A stretch of DNA of 24,738 nt from an uncultured Candidatus Saccharibacteria bacterium (GTDB lineage Bacteria; Patescibacteriota; Minisyncoccia; Minisyncoccales; Minisyncoccaceae): positions 1-24,738 of the forward strand of contig CAZDVN010000003.1 in the NCBI GenBank assembly GCA_964508955.1, given 5' to 3'. The first letter of the stretch is position 1; the number at the start of each line of letters is the position of its first letter. This document shows positions 23,040 through 24,738 of the stretch, one piece after another. The notes under the pieces were generated by a model, which was given only the letters and a program-made list of their open reading frames with translations, was not told the origin of the DNA and made no database searches. A program made the translations under genes and the position numbers.

Positions 23040-24450
23040 GATTTTTTTCAAATAGAAGAGCTGCGCTAATCAATTCTTTTTCTTTGAAAGGTTTCCCTAT
23101 TATTTGTAATCCTATAGGAAGGTTGCTAGAAGATTTTCCACAAGGCAAGGAAATTGCTGGTAATCCTGCTAAGTTTACAGAAACAGTATATATATCAGAT
23201 AAATAAGTAAACATTGGATTTTCTAATTTCTCTCCTATTTTATAAGGCAAGCATGGCGATGTGGGACCTATAATTACATCGGCCTTTTTAAAAGCCTCTT
23301 CAAAATCTTTTGCAATCAATGTTCTTACCTTCAGTGCCCTTTTGTAAAAAGCATCATAGTAACCCGAAGAAAGAACATAGGTTCCAAGCATGATTCTTTT
23401 TTTAACTTCTTCTCCAAAAAAGGTTGTTCGATTCTTTGCATAAAATTCTATTCCATCACTATTATCTGAACTTTCTCCATACCTTAATCCATCAAATCTA
23501 GCTAAATTAGCGCTAGCCTCAGCAGAAGTAATAATATAGTAACAAGCTAAAGCATATTCAGTGTGAGGCAAACTAATTTCCACTATCTCTGAATCAATAT
23601 TCTTATATAGCTCAATTGATTTTTCAATAGCATCTTTAACCTCGCTATCTAATCCTTCTATAAAATATTCTTTAGGAACTCCTATCCTAATCTTTTGATT
23701 AACTTCTTGCTTTTCTTCATAGTCAATGGTAGTGGAGTCTTTTTCGTCTAAGCCTTTAATGGATTCAAAAACTATTTGAGAATCAGAAACATTTTTTGTT
23801 ATTGGACCAATTTGATCTAATGATGAAGCAAAAGCAATAGCTCCATTCCTTGAAACTGATCCATAAGTAGGCTTTAAGCCCACTACACCACAAAATGAAG
23901 AAGGCTGTCTAATAGAACCCCCTGTATCAGTTCCTAAGGCATAAACACACATATCTGCAGAAACAGCAGCAGCTGAACCACCAGAAGAGCCACCAGGGAC
24001 TCTTTCAATATCATGAGGATTTTTAGTTGGAAAGAATGCAGATTTTTCACAAGAAGATCCCATCGCAAATTCATCTAAATTTGTTTTTCCTAGAAATACC
24101 GCACCCAAATCCTCTAATTTTTTAATTACAGTTGCATTGTATGGTGCAACATAGTTTTCTAAAAATTTTGAAGCGGCAGTACACTTAATATTTTCAATTA
24201 AAATATTATCTTTGACAGCACAAGGAATACCAGTTAATAAATGGGCCTTGCCGCTTTTAATCATCTCATCTGCTTTTTTTGCTTGATCAAGGGCTAAATC
24301 TTTATTTACAGTAATGTAAGCATTAATTGTCTTATCTTTATCCTCAATCAAATCTAAAAATGCTTTTGTTAATTCAACAGAAGTATATTCACCATTTTTT
24401 AAACATTCGTGGGCTTTTTCTATTGTTAAGTTTTCTAAATTAATCTTCAT
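23026..24450 (-). CDS. gatA: Asp/Glu-tRNA amidotransferase subunit A
   Basis: VKDNI, GKTNLDEFAMGSS, GGSSGGSAAAV, GTDTGGSIRQP, KPTYG, ANLARFDG, RIMLGT. Confidence 0.98.
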   Translation of the reverse strand: MKINLENLTIEKAHECLKNGEYTSVELTKAFLDLIEDKDKTINAYITVNKDLALDQAKKADEMIKSGKAHLLTGIPCAVKDNILIENIKCTAASKFLENYVAPYNATVIKKLEDLGAVFLGKTNLDEFAMGSSCEKSAFFPTKNPHDIERVPGGSSGGSAAAVSADMCVYALGTDTGGSIRQPSSFCGVVGLKPTYGSVSRNGAIAFASSLDQIGPITKNVSDSQIVFESIKGLDEKDSTTIDYEEKQEVNQKIRIGVPKEYFIEGLDSEVKDAIEKSIELYKNIDSEIVEISLPHTEYALACYYIITSAEASANLARFDGLRYGESSDNSDGIEFYAKNRTTFFGEEVKKRIMLGTYVLSSGYYDAFYKRALKVRTLIAKDFEEAFKKADVIIGPTSPCLPYKIGEKLENPMFTYLSDIYTVSVNLAGLPAISLPCGKSSSNLPIGLQIIGKPFKEKELISAALLFEKNHDAK

Positions 24451-24730
24451 TGTAAAGTATTTTATTTACCTCAAGATAGCCATTTTCTTTTTTAGAAAAT
24501 GATTCCAAAAGTTTACTGTTGTCATTTTTTTCAGAAAAATCGCACCTCATAACATTTTCTGTTTTTAATATACTCGATGTTTCAGAAACATTTTCAGTGT
24601 CTAATTCTTTAATTTTTTCGAAATAATTTAAAATCAAAGAAAATTTTTCTTTTAATTCTTTTATTTCTTCATCTTTTATTTCAAGATAAGAAATTTTTGC
24701 AATATTTCTAATTTCTTCTTCTGATATCAT
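24440..24730 (-). CDS. gatC: Asp/Glu-tRNA amidotransferase subunit C
   Basis: MISEEEIRNIAKISYL, IL.Y..KI.ELDT, NVMR.D, GYLEV; overlaps the gatA start by 11 nt. Confidence 0.9.
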   Translation of the reverse strand: MISEEEIRNIAKISYLEIKDEEIKELKEKFSLILNYFEKIKELDTENVSETSSILKTENVMRCDFSEKNDNSKLLESFSKKENGYLEVNKILYNED

Positions 24731-24738
24731 ATTTTAAT

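Noticed and set aside
1-24738. UGA-to-Gly recoding (genetic code 25), CRISPR arrays, IS elements, riboswitches
   Set aside because: TGA ends rnhB, tmk and dcd at the expected positions and no gene is interrupted. There are no spaced direct repeats or transposases, and intergenic gaps are too short for structured leaders.

Overview
AT-rich, gene-dense housekeeping region. It is most likely from a Patescibacteria/CPR (Parcubacteria-like) genome; this is inferred from gene content, collapsed operons and SD-less starts, and is not proven. Standard code 11 fits, since TGA is used as a stop. There are three strand blocks. (1) Minus 1-4302: rnhB, rpmF-nusB-rnc, rpsP, khpA, trmD, tRNA-Tyr, tRNA-Thr, a small rpmG missed by the ORF track, and tRNA-Trp. 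(2) Plus 4349-12117: an 11-residue-repeat beta-solenoid protein, dnaE, thrS and a single 689-aa ORF fusing MiaB to MiaA. (3) Minus 12104-24730: gatC-gatA, a membrane hypothetical, three tRNAs (initiator-like CAT, a second CAT, Asp), gyrB, then a tightly coupled secE-nusG-rplK-dcd-tmk-deoC-gatB-mscS-P-type ATPase run. I found no mobile elements, CRISPR arrays, rRNA or inteins. The best leads all concern translation: the seamless MiaB-MiaA fusion (both steps of ms2i6A37 synthesis in one chain), an initiator-like tRNA lacking the three G-C anticodon-stem pairs, an A18/G55 covariation in two tRNAs, SD-less or near-leaderless starts, and rplK without rplA.
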